Shown: positions 20,053 to 28,325 of the stretch, piece after piece
Position numbering within the stretch: position 1 is the stretch's first letter
Layout of the letters: every line of letters starts with the position of its first letter
From: a virus
Taxonomy: Duplodnaviria; Caudoviricetes
Reading direction: 5' to 3' (one strand)
IMG/VR virus record: IMGVR_UViG_3300044723_007969
Length of the DNA: 64,000 nt
Position numbers and translations under genes: made by a program
Notes under the pieces: model-generated
Database searches by the model: none
Told to the model about the DNA's origin: nothing
Seen by the model: the letters and a program-made list of their open reading frames with translations, nothing else

Positions 20053-20294
20053 TATAACGTTAAGTTATCGTCTGTGGCAGGTTGTCCGTACATCTTTTGG
20101 ACAAATACTGCTTCTTCCTTTTGTTGAGCATCGTGTGCCTCAGATGCCAACCTCATAGAGTTGATTTGTTTGAGTGTTAGTCTTGTTTTTCTTGTGTCTT
20201 CTGAATCTAGAATGGAAATATCGTTCTCAGGCTCGTATGTTTTGTCCTGTTCAAGGCCATCTGCGCCGTAAGTGAAGAATTCATTCAGTTTCAT
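20052..20294 (-). CDS. small head-module protein
   Basis: 80 aa; DTRKTRLTL..IN..R..MYG; TAAATA 5 nt upstream. Confidence 0.65.
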   Translation of the reverse strand: MKLNEFFTYGADGLEQDKTYEPENDISILDSEDTRKTRLTLKQINSMRLASEAHDAQQKEEAVFVQKMYGQPATDDNLTL

Positions 20295-20309
20295 AAACGT
20301 ATTTAACCC

Positions 20310-22040
20310 TTATACCTGTCCGCCGCCACCTGTGCCACCTGGCGTCTGTCCACCTGGCGTCTGTCCTGGCTGTCCTGGCTGTGCTCCGCCTGGTTCTGGT
20401 GCGTCTACATCTGCTGTTGGCTCTTCGAATTGATCCAGGTCGGCACTGATACCCGATTGTGTAACTCCACCACCTCTCAATTCATTTGATTTAGTTTGTT
20501 TCTTCTGTGGTACATTGTTTTCTTCTGCCCAAAGTTCGGCATTTCTTGCCATTTCTTCTTCGCTCAATCCTAAATATCTTTTTAGTGCAAATCTTTTACT
20601 CATGTAAGGCAGTTCTGCCACCTGTGAAAATGTGTTGACCCTGCTTTGGTCCATTTCTGTCTGTCTGTACTGTGCAAAGTTCTGTGGTGGATTCAATTTA
20701 AGACCAAACATACTGTTGTCTATGTTGTATCCTTTTGATTTGATCCATAATTTGAACTCACTGTCAAATGTTTCTGCCAACATTGATTGTAATCTAGCAC
20801 AATACTTGTTGAATCTCAATTCCTGGATGTATGCAGTACCCACTCTACCATCATTGTACTGTTGTCCACCGTCTTCTGCACCTGTTGGTAGATAAGAACT
20901 TGGAATTCTCAATCCTCTGAACAGTTTGTTTGTGAAGAATCTCAAGTCATCTATCTCACCAAGGTTTGTACCACCCGGTAGTGTGTCCACTTTAGAACCT
21001 CTACCCTCTGCTGTCTGTGGGAAGAAGTAATCTTCGTTTATTGACATTGGGTTGTATGTTGCATCTATGAAGTTTGCTCCACCTGATGCACTTGGAATTC
21101 TTCTTTGGTTGATCTCGTTTTTGACCCTCTCAACGAACTGCATAGCCAAGTGTGTTGGCATGTTACCCACGTCTATGTAGAATACCCTTCTTTCAGGTGC
21201 TCTTTGAACCCTGTAGATGATGATTGCGTCTTCTAATAATTCTTTTTGTTTGTAAACCTTGAATACTTGTTCTAACACCGACTGTCCAAATGGGAATAGG
21301 TTGTCTAGACCATCTGACATTGACATGTGGATCACATGTTCTGCGTTTATGTTGTACGCATTCATGGTCTTGTAGAATCTTCCACCTGCGTTTCCGCCTG
21401 CGAAGCCTGACATGTTGTTTGTGGCACCTGCGTTTGCATAACTTGATCCGTATGCCGCTGTTCCACCGCCTGTGGTTCCACCACCACCATAAGTTTGATT
21501 TGGTGTGATCTGTGTTGCACTCAATCTCTGTAAGTTAGGGTTTATATCTCTGATCACATACTGTTCAGGTTTCTTGCCCTCTGATTCATTTACAACGATC
21601 CTGTCAACTTTGGCGTTGTCTATGTACAACCATTTCTGTGTTTCCGGATCCCTAACGAAGAAACAGTCTCCGTATTTTAATGCGTTCCTGAATATCCTAA
21701 AAATTCTCTTGTTGAACTTGTTTGACTTGGTCCATTGTTGAAGTGCCTTCTTGAGAAGTTTCACTTCGTGTTCTGTTGTCTCATCATTGAACACTATGTC
21801 GAACGGAGTTTCGTTCTCTGTGTTCTGCTGTGTCGAGAATTCCGCCAGGATGTCCAGTGCCGCATTGATCTCCGAGTCTGAATCCATTTGGTCATACTGG
21901 AAGTATCTCTGTATCCTGTTGGGGTGTCCTGTGTACACGTCCGGAAGATAGGAACTGTAATTCCTCTTCGCGAAGTTGGGCACTTTCTCTCCACTTATGG
22001 GAGAAAGGTTAGCGTCTTTAAAATATTTTTTCCAAGCCAT
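20310..22040 (-). CDS. gp20: portal protein (gp20-like)
   Basis: LLEDAIIIYRVQRAPERRVFYIDVGNMP, EDYFFP, TLPGG.NLGEIDD. Confidence 0.96.
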   Translation of the reverse strand: MAWKKYFKDANLSPISGEKVPNFAKRNYSSYLPDVYTGHPNRIQRYFQYDQMDSDSEINAALDILAEFSTQQNTENETPFDIVFNDETTEHEVKLLKKALQQWTKSNKFNKRIFRIFRNALKYGDCFFVRDPETQKWLYIDNAKVDRIVVNESEGKKPEQYVIRDINPNLQRLSATQITPNQTYGGGGTTGGGTAAYGSSYANAGATNNMSGFAGGNAGGRFYKTMNAYNINAEHVIHMSMSDGLDNLFPFGQSVLEQVFKVYKQKELLEDAIIIYRVQRAPERRVFYIDVGNMPTHLAMQFVERVKNEINQRRIPSASGGANFIDATYNPMSINEDYFFPQTAEGRGSKVDTLPGGTNLGEIDDLRFFTNKLFRGLRIPSSYLPTGAEDGGQQYNDGRVGTAYIQELRFNKYCARLQSMLAETFDSEFKLWIKSKGYNIDNSMFGLKLNPPQNFAQYRQTEMDQSRVNTFSQVAELPYMSKRFALKRYLGLSEEEMARNAELWAEENNVPQKKQTKSNELRGGGVTQSGISADLDQFEEPTADVDAPEPGGAQPGQPGQTPGGQTPGGTGGGGQV

Positions 22041-22046
22041 ACTTTA

Positions 22047-24293
22047 TTATACTAGACTTCCTGTCATGTTTGCAACATTATTATTCATGTTTTTGGTATT
22101 TCTTTCAATCATACTTGCTATCATGTTGTTCGTATTTAACGTTTTGTTGAGGTTGTTGATAGCCACTACCAACTTGTCTTCTCCTCCGCCGGTTATTTTG
22201 TCTTTAACCAACATAATACTGTCTTTGAAATCCTTCAATCCATCCTTAAAATTATTGAGTTCCAATGTTTGTGCATTTTTCAGTGGATCTCCCTCCATTG
22301 TGCCCCGGTACATGGCATCGTGTGCGCCAAGTAACCCAATCATTTGTTTTGGTGTGACCACTGCTTCCATGCCGTGTAGCATGGCCGGTGTTCCACTGCC
22401 GAAGTTCTGGAACAGTGCTCCTGTTCCCATGGTTCCTTTGTTGAACATGGATTTGGCATCTACTGCATCTTCATTGTACCCTTTGAATATTCCATACCCT
22501 GCACCAAGTATTCCTCCTATTGCGGCTCCAACTGCTGTTCCCACAATAGGTATCGCAGATCCTATCATTGCACCAGTTAACGCACCGCCTGCCGCGGCTC
22601 CGCCAACACCTAAACCTTTTTTCGCGTGGGTGTCTGCACCTGCGGCATACTCACCACTGGCACCAGCAATACCTACACCGGCCAACGCCCCACCTGCCTT
22701 TAATCCTGCTTTTCCCATTCGAGCCATGACACCTGACTTGCCCATTCCTATCGCTGTACCCAGTGCCACAATGCTGACCTGCTTGGCGAAGTCAAATATC
22801 AGTGCCCCCGCCAGTGCCGCCATCAGCGCCTTGCCGAAGTTGGCCGGACTGAAACCCTTGATCGTCTCAACAATTTTTTCCACGTATCCTTTGAAATCAC
22901 CTGTGATGAATTCTGTAAACCTTGTTATGGCTGGGGTCAGTCCTGATAAAAATTGTGTCTGTACTTCAGCGAACGCGGTCTTCAATCTTCTCATCTCTTC
23001 ATTGAATGGCATCATGGTTTCTGCCAGTTCTTTGGCTTTTGCCGCTTGTTCGGCCGCGGCCTCGCCTACATCCATCTGTTGTGTGGCAAAGTAGTTCATC
23101 GCATTGGCAAGTTCTGGAAACTGCCTCAAGATTATCTGATCCATCTCATCCATAAAGCCTTGGGCGTGCGGTTTAAACATGGCCATTATTTCTGGTGCTG
23201 TTTTACCTGCTTTAACCAAGTTTTTGAAGTTCAAGAACAGATCCGCGATCTCTGGATTAAGACCCATTAACTGTTCACCGAGTTCGTCAAACGGTACACC
23301 AGATTCCATCATCATCTTGGCGTTGTCATGCATGGCGGGTGCCATCACTTTCAATCCTGCCAGGAATAGGTTCGCTTGAGTCGCCTGGTCTTCAGTCAGT
23401 CCGGTCAATGCCTTTTGGAGTAGTGCATCTTTCTGCTGAGCCTTGACTTCGTCATCGATCTGTTTTCTCTGGATACCTGTTGTTTTGGCTAATAGATCAA
23501 GTTGTTTGGCGTACTTGGTAGTTCTCTCGGCCACCTGTCGTGCTGTCAGTGTTTCTTTTATTTCCGCGAATCTCTGTCTTTCCAGGTACGTGCCCATGTA
23601 GTCGTTGAGCTCTTCTGTTGTGATACCAAGATTGAACAGACCGTCTGCCAAGGCCTTGTCCCTTATGGACAGTGAGAACTGTGCAAGGTTCTTTATACCC
23701 TGTTCCGTGGTACCAAAAAGTGATGACAGTGCTAATGCGTTGTCGGCTACTAATCCGCCAAACTCACCCAGTGGTAACATCGCGGAGTGTGCCATCTCCC
23801 TCATGCCGATCAAACTCTTACCAAAACTTGCACCGACCTGAGACAACTCCCTGAACACATTCACATTGTAGTCTAGGCTTCCTGCAAGTGCCTGAACTGC
23901 GTCTCCGGCCAGTCCAAATCTGGAAAACATGCCCGCCAGTTGTTCCATGTCATTGGACGCCGAGGCCGCACCGTCGCCTAACTTGAACATTGTCTTCACA
24001 AATGGTCCGGCAAAACTAGTGGCCTTGTCTAAAGAATCGGAGAACTCCGCTACGGATTCTTCTGCCTTGTCAAATTCCTTGTTGATATCTTTTAAGTTTT
24101 TTATCTCTTCATCATCGAGTTTTTTCTTTGCCTTCATCGACTTGATGGTTGCTTCTAACTGTTTCTGAAATTCTTTCTGCTCTTTTGCTGATTTACCAGC
24201 CAGTGAGCCCGTTATGGCACCCGAACGAGATTTGTCGTCGGTCATCCTCTTTAGGGTTTCTATGAGTTTTTCTATTTCTCTTTCCAATTCCAT
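22047..24293 (-). CDS. tape measure protein (probable)
   Basis: ~750-aa helical A/G-rich protein with a hydrophobic GAAAGGALTGAMIGS segment and a PAMLHG.EAVVTP motif; ATG at 24293. Confidence 0.65.
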   Translation of the reverse strand: MELEREIEKLIETLKRMTDDKSRSGAITGSLAGKSAKEQKEFQKQLEATIKSMKAKKKLDDEEIKNLKDINKEFDKAEESVAEFSDSLDKATSFAGPFVKTMFKLGDGAASASNDMEQLAGMFSRFGLAGDAVQALAGSLDYNVNVFRELSQVGASFGKSLIGMREMAHSAMLPLGEFGGLVADNALALSSLFGTTEQGIKNLAQFSLSIRDKALADGLFNLGITTEELNDYMGTYLERQRFAEIKETLTARQVAERTTKYAKQLDLLAKTTGIQRKQIDDEVKAQQKDALLQKALTGLTEDQATQANLFLAGLKVMAPAMHDNAKMMMESGVPFDELGEQLMGLNPEIADLFLNFKNLVKAGKTAPEIMAMFKPHAQGFMDEMDQIILRQFPELANAMNYFATQQMDVGEAAAEQAAKAKELAETMMPFNEEMRRLKTAFAEVQTQFLSGLTPAITRFTEFITGDFKGYVEKIVETIKGFSPANFGKALMAALAGALIFDFAKQVSIVALGTAIGMGKSGVMARMGKAGLKAGGALAGVGIAGASGEYAAGADTHAKKGLGVGGAAAGGALTGAMIGSAIPIVGTAVGAAIGGILGAGYGIFKGYNEDAVDAKSMFNKGTMGTGALFQNFGSGTPAMLHGMEAVVTPKQMIGLLGAHDAMYRGTMEGDPLKNAQTLELNNFKDGLKDFKDSIMLVKDKITGGGEDKLVVAINNLNKTLNTNNMIASMIERNTKNMNNNVANMTGSLV

Positions 24294-24331
24294 ATGGTTT
24301 TTAATCACCGGGTTTTATACGCACATAAATA

Positions 24332-24360
24332 TTGACACGTAACAGCAACTATACTATATT
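24332..24360 (+). promoter_or_regulatory. sigma70-type promoter TTGACA-N17-TATATT
   Basis: near-consensus; its -10 overlaps a minus-strand TATAAATA at 24357-24364. Confidence 0.65.
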
Positions 24361-24377
24361 TATAGACACAAAAAACC

Positions 24378-25286
24378 ATGGATAAGCCATTAACAAACAT
24401 GCCAAACATACCAGGAACGCCCACAACTAGTGCGGCTGAAAATCCACTTAAAAAATATTACAGACAACCGTCGATCTACATCAAGTTGCCCTCCAAGGGA
24501 CGGTTCTACGATGCAGACAGTTTCACACCCACAGAGACCGGTGACATACCCATATTGCCGATGACAGCAAAGGATGAGATGACTTTGAAGACACCAGACG
24601 CACTGATCAACGGTCAGGCCACGGTCGATGTCATCGAAAGTTGTGTGCCGAACATCAAGAATGCCTGGAGGATCGTCAATCATGACTTGGACGTCATACT
24701 ATTGGCCATGAGGATTGCGACCTATGGTGAGAGCATGACCTTAACTGGTTCGGTGCCTAATACCTCAGATACTGTGGAACACACAGTCAGCCTTCCGGCA
24801 ATGTTGGAAGAGGCGGCCAAAGAAGAAATCACAGACACTTTTGCAACCAAGAGCGGGTTTCAGGTCAAAGTAAAACCAATGGACTACAAGCAGTTAACAG
24901 ACACACAGATCGGTGCATTCGAGAAACAGAAACAGTACGCGGCGATGATGTCAAAAGAAGGGATAGACCCTGAGGAAAAAGGAAAACTGTTTGCTGAAAA
25001 CTTCAAGCAGTTGACTGAATTGAACTTCAACGTGCTCTACAATGCGATAGCAGAACTACACACACCAGATGCTATTGTGGTTAAGGACCACGAACAAATA
25101 AAAGAATTTCTTGACAACGCACCAAAAAAAGTTGTCGAGGAGATACAAGAAGGCCTTGCAAAGAACAGAATACAAGGAAGCATCAAACCTATCAAGTTGA
25201 AAGCAACTGAAGAGCAGATCATGAAAGGTGCTCCGGCCAATTACGAAATGCCGATCACGTTTGATAGCTCAAATTTTTTCGCATAA
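24378..25286 (+). CDS. baseplate hub assembly protein / tail chaperone (gp26-like)
   Basis: YIKLPS.G..Y, P.TAKDE..L, DLD.IL.A.R.A.YGE, C-terminal NFF. Confidence 0.75.
   Translation: MDKPLTNMPNIPGTPTTSAAENPLKKYYRQPSIYIKLPSKGRFYDADSFTPTETGDIPILPMTAKDEMTLKTPDALINGQATVDVIESCVPNIKNAWRIVNHDLDVILLAMRIATYGESMTLTGSVPNTSDTVEHTVSLPAMLEEAAKEEITDTFATKSGFQVKVKPMDYKQLTDTQIGAFEKQKQYAAMMSKEGIDPEEKGKLFAENFKQLTELNFNVLYNAIAELHTPDAIVVKDHEQIKEFLDNAPKKVVEEIQEGLAKNRIQGSIKPIKLKATEEQIMKGAPANYEMPITFDSSNFFA
25274..25280 (+). other. putative -1 ribosomal frameshift site T-TTT-TTC
   Basis: heptamer is in register with the 0 frame, one sense codon before the stop; the -1 frame is open into 25298-25510. Confidence 0.65.
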
Positions 25287-25297
25287 ATCTGCTGTCA

Positions 25298-25510
25298 ATG
25301 GGGGACTCTGACATTATCAAGTACCTCAAGGAGTTCGACAGCCATATCAAGAACATGAAAATGGAAGTATTCAAGACCATGTGGTACATGCGTGGGGGCA
25401 TATCCCATCAGGAAGCACTGAATCTGAGCCCGGAAGACAGGAAGGTAATACATGCTTTGGTAAAAGAAAACATGGAGACAACCAAAAAAACCGGTCAGCC
25501 TTTCTTCTAG
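25298..25510 (+). CDS. gp51-like / tail chaperone C-terminal module (likely frameshift extension)
   Basis: WYMRGGIS..EA.NLS.EDR; no SD before the ATG. Confidence 0.65.
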   Translation: MGDSDIIKYLKEFDSHIKNMKMEVFKTMWYMRGGISHQEALNLSPEDRKVIHALVKENMETTKKTGQPFF

Positions 25511-25562
25511 AATATAGTATACTATTATAACATTTGAAAATGCAGATAATTAACACTTACAT

Positions 25563-25883
25563 ATGTCCGAAAAAGACCTAGTCAAAGAACTCAAATCCGA
25601 AATCGTAGAAATCACAAAAGACCGTGATGATGCTTTGTCTAAGGTGAAGGCCAAGGAGAGCCGGATGAAGCAGGTGTTGATCAAACTGGAACACGCCACA
25701 CAGGATGTGCAGACAGTGGGCCACAAGATAGGTGAACAGAACAAGCAGATAGCGGAACTGCAGGCCAAGTTGGACACCAAGGGCCGACTGCTTGACGAGG
25801 CCCTGCAGAAAATCAAGGACATACATGACGACTCAACAGAAAAAACAGAACCCGACACAGACGATAAAGAATTGGATCAGTGA
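25563..25883 (+). CDS. coiled-coil hypothetical protein
   Basis: 106 aa with heptad-like pattern. Confidence 0.6.
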   Translation: MSEKDLVKELKSEIVEITKDRDDALSKVKAKESRMKQVLIKLEHATQDVQTVGHKIGEQNKQIAELQAKLDTKGRLLDEALQKIKDIHDDSTEKTEPDTDDKELDQ

Positions 25884-26346
25884 GTTTGTAACCAAACCCA
25901 ATCCCATATTCGGTGACCTGCCGCCGTGCCCATTCGCACAGAAGGCCATAGTGGAAGATAAAGTCGAATTTGTCGAATTGAATGGCACTGGCAACTACAA
26001 CACATTATATCAGTTCATAACACAGTTTGATTTCGAAGAAAAAGATGTATTGTGTATGATCGCTGAACCCGATCAATTTTCCGCCAAAGAGACTGTCAGT
26101 ATAGCAAATGACTTGAATCGATATTTCATGAGGAAGGACATTGTTGTCCTGGAAGATCATCCAGAAATCAATGAGCACGTCGAGGATGTGAAATTGAACA
26201 ACGGCAAGTATATTTTATTTTTGGCACAGAGTTTAAGCAAGTTGAACAAATTCTCCAAGATGTTGGAGACCGGACCTTACTACAAGAATTGGTCTAAAGG
26301 TTATCTGGAATCAGTGAAAGGTTTCCGAGAGAAGAAAAGTCAGTAA
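25825..26346 (+). CDS. DUF1415-like protein
   Basis: W...FV.......PCPFA..A and DHP motifs; ATG 25825 with SD AAGGA. Confidence 0.55.
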   Translation: MTTQQKKQNPTQTIKNWISEFVTKPNPIFGDLPPCPFAQKAIVEDKVEFVELNGTGNYNTLYQFITQFDFEEKDVLCMIAEPDQFSAKETVSIANDLNRYFMRKDIVVLEDHPEINEHVEDVKLNNGKYILFLAQSLSKLNKFSKMLETGPYYKNWSKGYLESVKGFREKKSQ

Positions 26347-27067
26347 GTTTACTGTCCCTCCTACACAATCGTTTGTACTGTTTTTTGTTGGTGCTCCATT
26401 CGGTGCCGGTCCACCACTCGAATCCTCGATAGTTGGCCTTGTATTCCGACGACAGCTCGTAGCCTGATCCCATGTAGAAGTACCTCACGTAGTTCTCACT
26501 GGCCCACTCGATCTCCATGTCCAGCGTTATGTCACTTATGGGAACGGTGTTGGCATGGATCACACTCTCCAGACCCGCGAGGTCCTGGGAGTCATATGAG
26601 TCTATGGTGGAGTAGTTGTCTTCCTGGTACCTGTATCGTTTCTGTTTGGTGAATCCTATGATGTTGTCCGCGGTGCCGGTGTAGAACAGCATGAACTGAT
26701 CACGCCTGTGGTAGTGTCCGAAGGGATCGTAGTCCGCGCCAAATTTTTTCCGTTCCATGTACTGCTTGTATATGTGCGGCAGTCCCAACAGTTTGACCAT
26801 CTCACTTGCGTCGATAACCTTTATGCCGATCTGCTCGCCGGCGTGCGTGTGCGATTTGTATCTAGGACGCCATTTGTCCATGTTGATCCGTGTGCTACGT
26901 GATTGGTAGAATACCTCACGATGATTGTTTATGGGGTGGTCCAGTGCGAGCCAACCCCGGTCGATCGCTTCCGATTCCTCATCCTCGTCCACTATGGCCA
27001 TGGGTCGGCATATGACCAGATCCTGCTGTTCCTGTTTGCCGAATGTGTGGTCGAAGAGTAGTTCCAT
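26294..27067 (-). CDS. ATE/Bpt-like aminoacyl-tRNA--protein transferase (divergent)
   Basis: N-part RGW..FYQSRSTRI..W.P; C-part MEIEWA....YFYMGSGY..S.EYKANYRGFEWW...W resembles ATE_C; TAAATA 7 nt upstream. Confidence 0.6.
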   Translation of the reverse strand: MELLFDHTFGKQEQQDLVICRPMAIVDEDEESEAIDRGWLALDHPINNHREVFYQSRSTRINMDKWRPRYKSHTHAGEQIGIKVIDASEMVKLLGLPHIYKQYMERKKFGADYDPFGHYHRRDQFMLFYTGTADNIIGFTKQKRYRYQEDNYSTIDSYDSQDLAGLESVIHANTVPISDITLDMEIEWASENYVRYFYMGSGYELSSEYKANYRGFEWWTGTEWSTNKKQYKRLCRRDSKLTDFSSLGNLSLIPDNL

Positions 27068-27084
27068 TGTGTGATATTTAAGGT

Positions 27085-27520
27085 GCTGTCAGAGACGGCT
27101 TACGCCATCTGAAACTTCGCTTACGCTCGTTTCTTTTTTAACTTACGCAGTTGTAAAAAACTTGAACGCAGTGTGCGTTCTCTGTGGTAGATGAGCAGTC
27201 ACAATTCGGCTATTTCTAGCCGAACTGACTTAAACTCTGTGGTGAGTTCACAGTCACTATACATCGCTACTCTCGTCGGGCGGTTGTGCTGTACCCGTTT
27301 GCTCATTCATTACAACGCGAATCTACCAAACCCCTGTATAATGGTTTTTGGTAAATCTGAGGTCTATCTTTTTCTAGGAGCCTCATCATTTTTTGCTGTT
27401 TGCATCTAAGGATTCACCTGTCGCTTGTTAGCCGCATTTCCTTGCTCACTGGTTGCGATGCTATGTTTGCCTATGGGGAAATTTGTTTGCCTGGTGGAAG
27501 GATACGGTTGCCCTTCAACT
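27085..27520 (-). ncRNA. putative large structured non-coding RNA (alternatively a transcribed origin)
   Basis: ~440 nt with no credible ORF, about 10 stems, GAAA/GTAA tetraloops on the minus strand, internal repeats and its own sigma70-type promoter. Confidence 0.55.
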
Positions 27521-27522
27521 AC

Positions 27523-27551
27523 TATATAACACAGATAAAAATGTCAGTCAA
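27523..27551 (-). promoter_or_regulatory. sigma70-type promoter TTGACT-N17-TATATA with extended -10 TG
   Basis: minus strand TTGACTgacatttttatctgTGtTATATA pointing into the structured element. Confidence 0.6.
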
Positions 27552-27574
27552 TCTTTTTGGCTTTAAATACCGCT

Positions 27575-27982
27575 ATGCATTGGACGTACCAAGGAAATGA
27601 AATTACCAACATGCCGGAAGATGTTGTGGGATTTGTTTATCTCATAACAAATACAACCAACGGTAGGATGTACATAGGCAAGAAACTTGCTAGATTCAAG
27701 AGAAGTCGTCCACCACTCAAAGGCAGAAAGAACAAGCGTAGATACAAGGTTGATTCTGACTGGCAAGACTACTACGGTTCAAGCGATGATCTCACAATCG
27801 ATGTCAACAAAATTGGTAAAGATAAATTCACGAGGGAAATACTTTTCTACTGCAAGTCCAAGGCGGAACTATCTTATGTTGAGGCACGTGAACAGTTTGC
27901 ACGTAAGGTCCTAGAAACTAATGATTACTACAATGGTCATATCCGTGTGAGAGTACACGGCAAGGGAATAATCAAGTCATAA
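27575..27982 (+). CDS. GIY-YIG endonuclease (T4 endonuclease II / DenA-like)
   Basis: GFVYLITN..NGRMYIGKK, DW..YYGSS, F.REIL, E...Q, YYN; ATG 27575 lies 5 nt after TAAATA. Confidence 0.85.
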   Translation: MHWTYQGNEITNMPEDVVGFVYLITNTTNGRMYIGKKLARFKRSRPPLKGRKNKRRYKVDSDWQDYYGSSDDLTIDVNKIGKDKFTREILFYCKSKAELSYVEAREQFARKVLETNDYYNGHIRVRVHGKGIIKS

Positions 27983-28013
27983 AAAAACCCCCGACTATTG
28001 CTAGCCGGAGGAT
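27981..28013 (-). terminator. rho-independent terminator for the Hc1-like gene
   Basis: minus strand CCTCCGGCTA-gcaa-TAGTCGGGGG then T7. Confidence 0.75.
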
Positions 28014-28040
28014 TTGGGTTTTGCAAAATCCAATAATCGA

Positions 28041-28235
28041 TTACGCCGCTGTCTTCGCCGCGTTCTTGACTTCCTGAATTTCTTTTCTTCTTGCTTTGAT
28101 CAACTTAGACAGATTTGCCAATGCTTTTCTGGCTCTGGTAGCAGATGCTTTAACACCCTTCTCTACGAACTTACCATTCTCTTCTGAGTAAGTTTGAATC
28201 TCTGTCATGATCGATTCGTGTGTTTCATTTGACAT
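28041..28235 (-). CDS. histone H1-like Hc1-family DNA-binding protein
   Basis: F.EKGVKASATRARKAL..L.KL.K.RR; SD AAGGAG; TTGACA at 28312-28317 upstream. Confidence 0.75.
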   Translation of the reverse strand: MSNETHESIMTEIQTYSEENGKFVEKGVKASATRARKALANLSKLIKARRKEIQEVKNAAKTAA

Positions 28236-28325
28236 ATGTTTTTTCTCCTTCTATTGTCGTACGATATAATTAATTAACATATGTTTAATTTAAGCACACA
28301 AGATGTGGTTTTGTCAACAAGAAAA

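Noticed and set aside
20325-20395. Short tandem repeats at the portal 3' end
   Set aside because: They encode a low-complexity PGQ/PGGQT tail
21976-23094. Long antisense ORFs (also 10782-11663, 18540-19211, 36071-36775, 37736-38524 and many others)
   Set aside because: Shadows of real genes caused by codon bias; no SD, promoter or recognisable motifs
27180-27257. Two 23-nt repeats 55 nt apart as a mini-CRISPR array
   Set aside because: Only two imperfect copies, the 32-nt spacer is itself a hairpin, and there are no cas genes in the window; treated as part of the structured element
27350-27395. Hammerhead-like TGATGAG...GAAA on the minus strand
   Set aside because: Core reads ATGATGA rather than CTGATGA, and I could not build the three-stem junction
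27191-27600. Short ORFs 27191-27409 and 27400-27600
   Set aside because: No SD or late promoter, atypical composition, and they overlap the structured element
27575-27982. GIY-YIG gene as an intron-encoded homing endonuclease
   Set aside because: No interrupted host gene and no C-terminal DNA-binding repeats; fits a stand-alone endonuclease II-like protein
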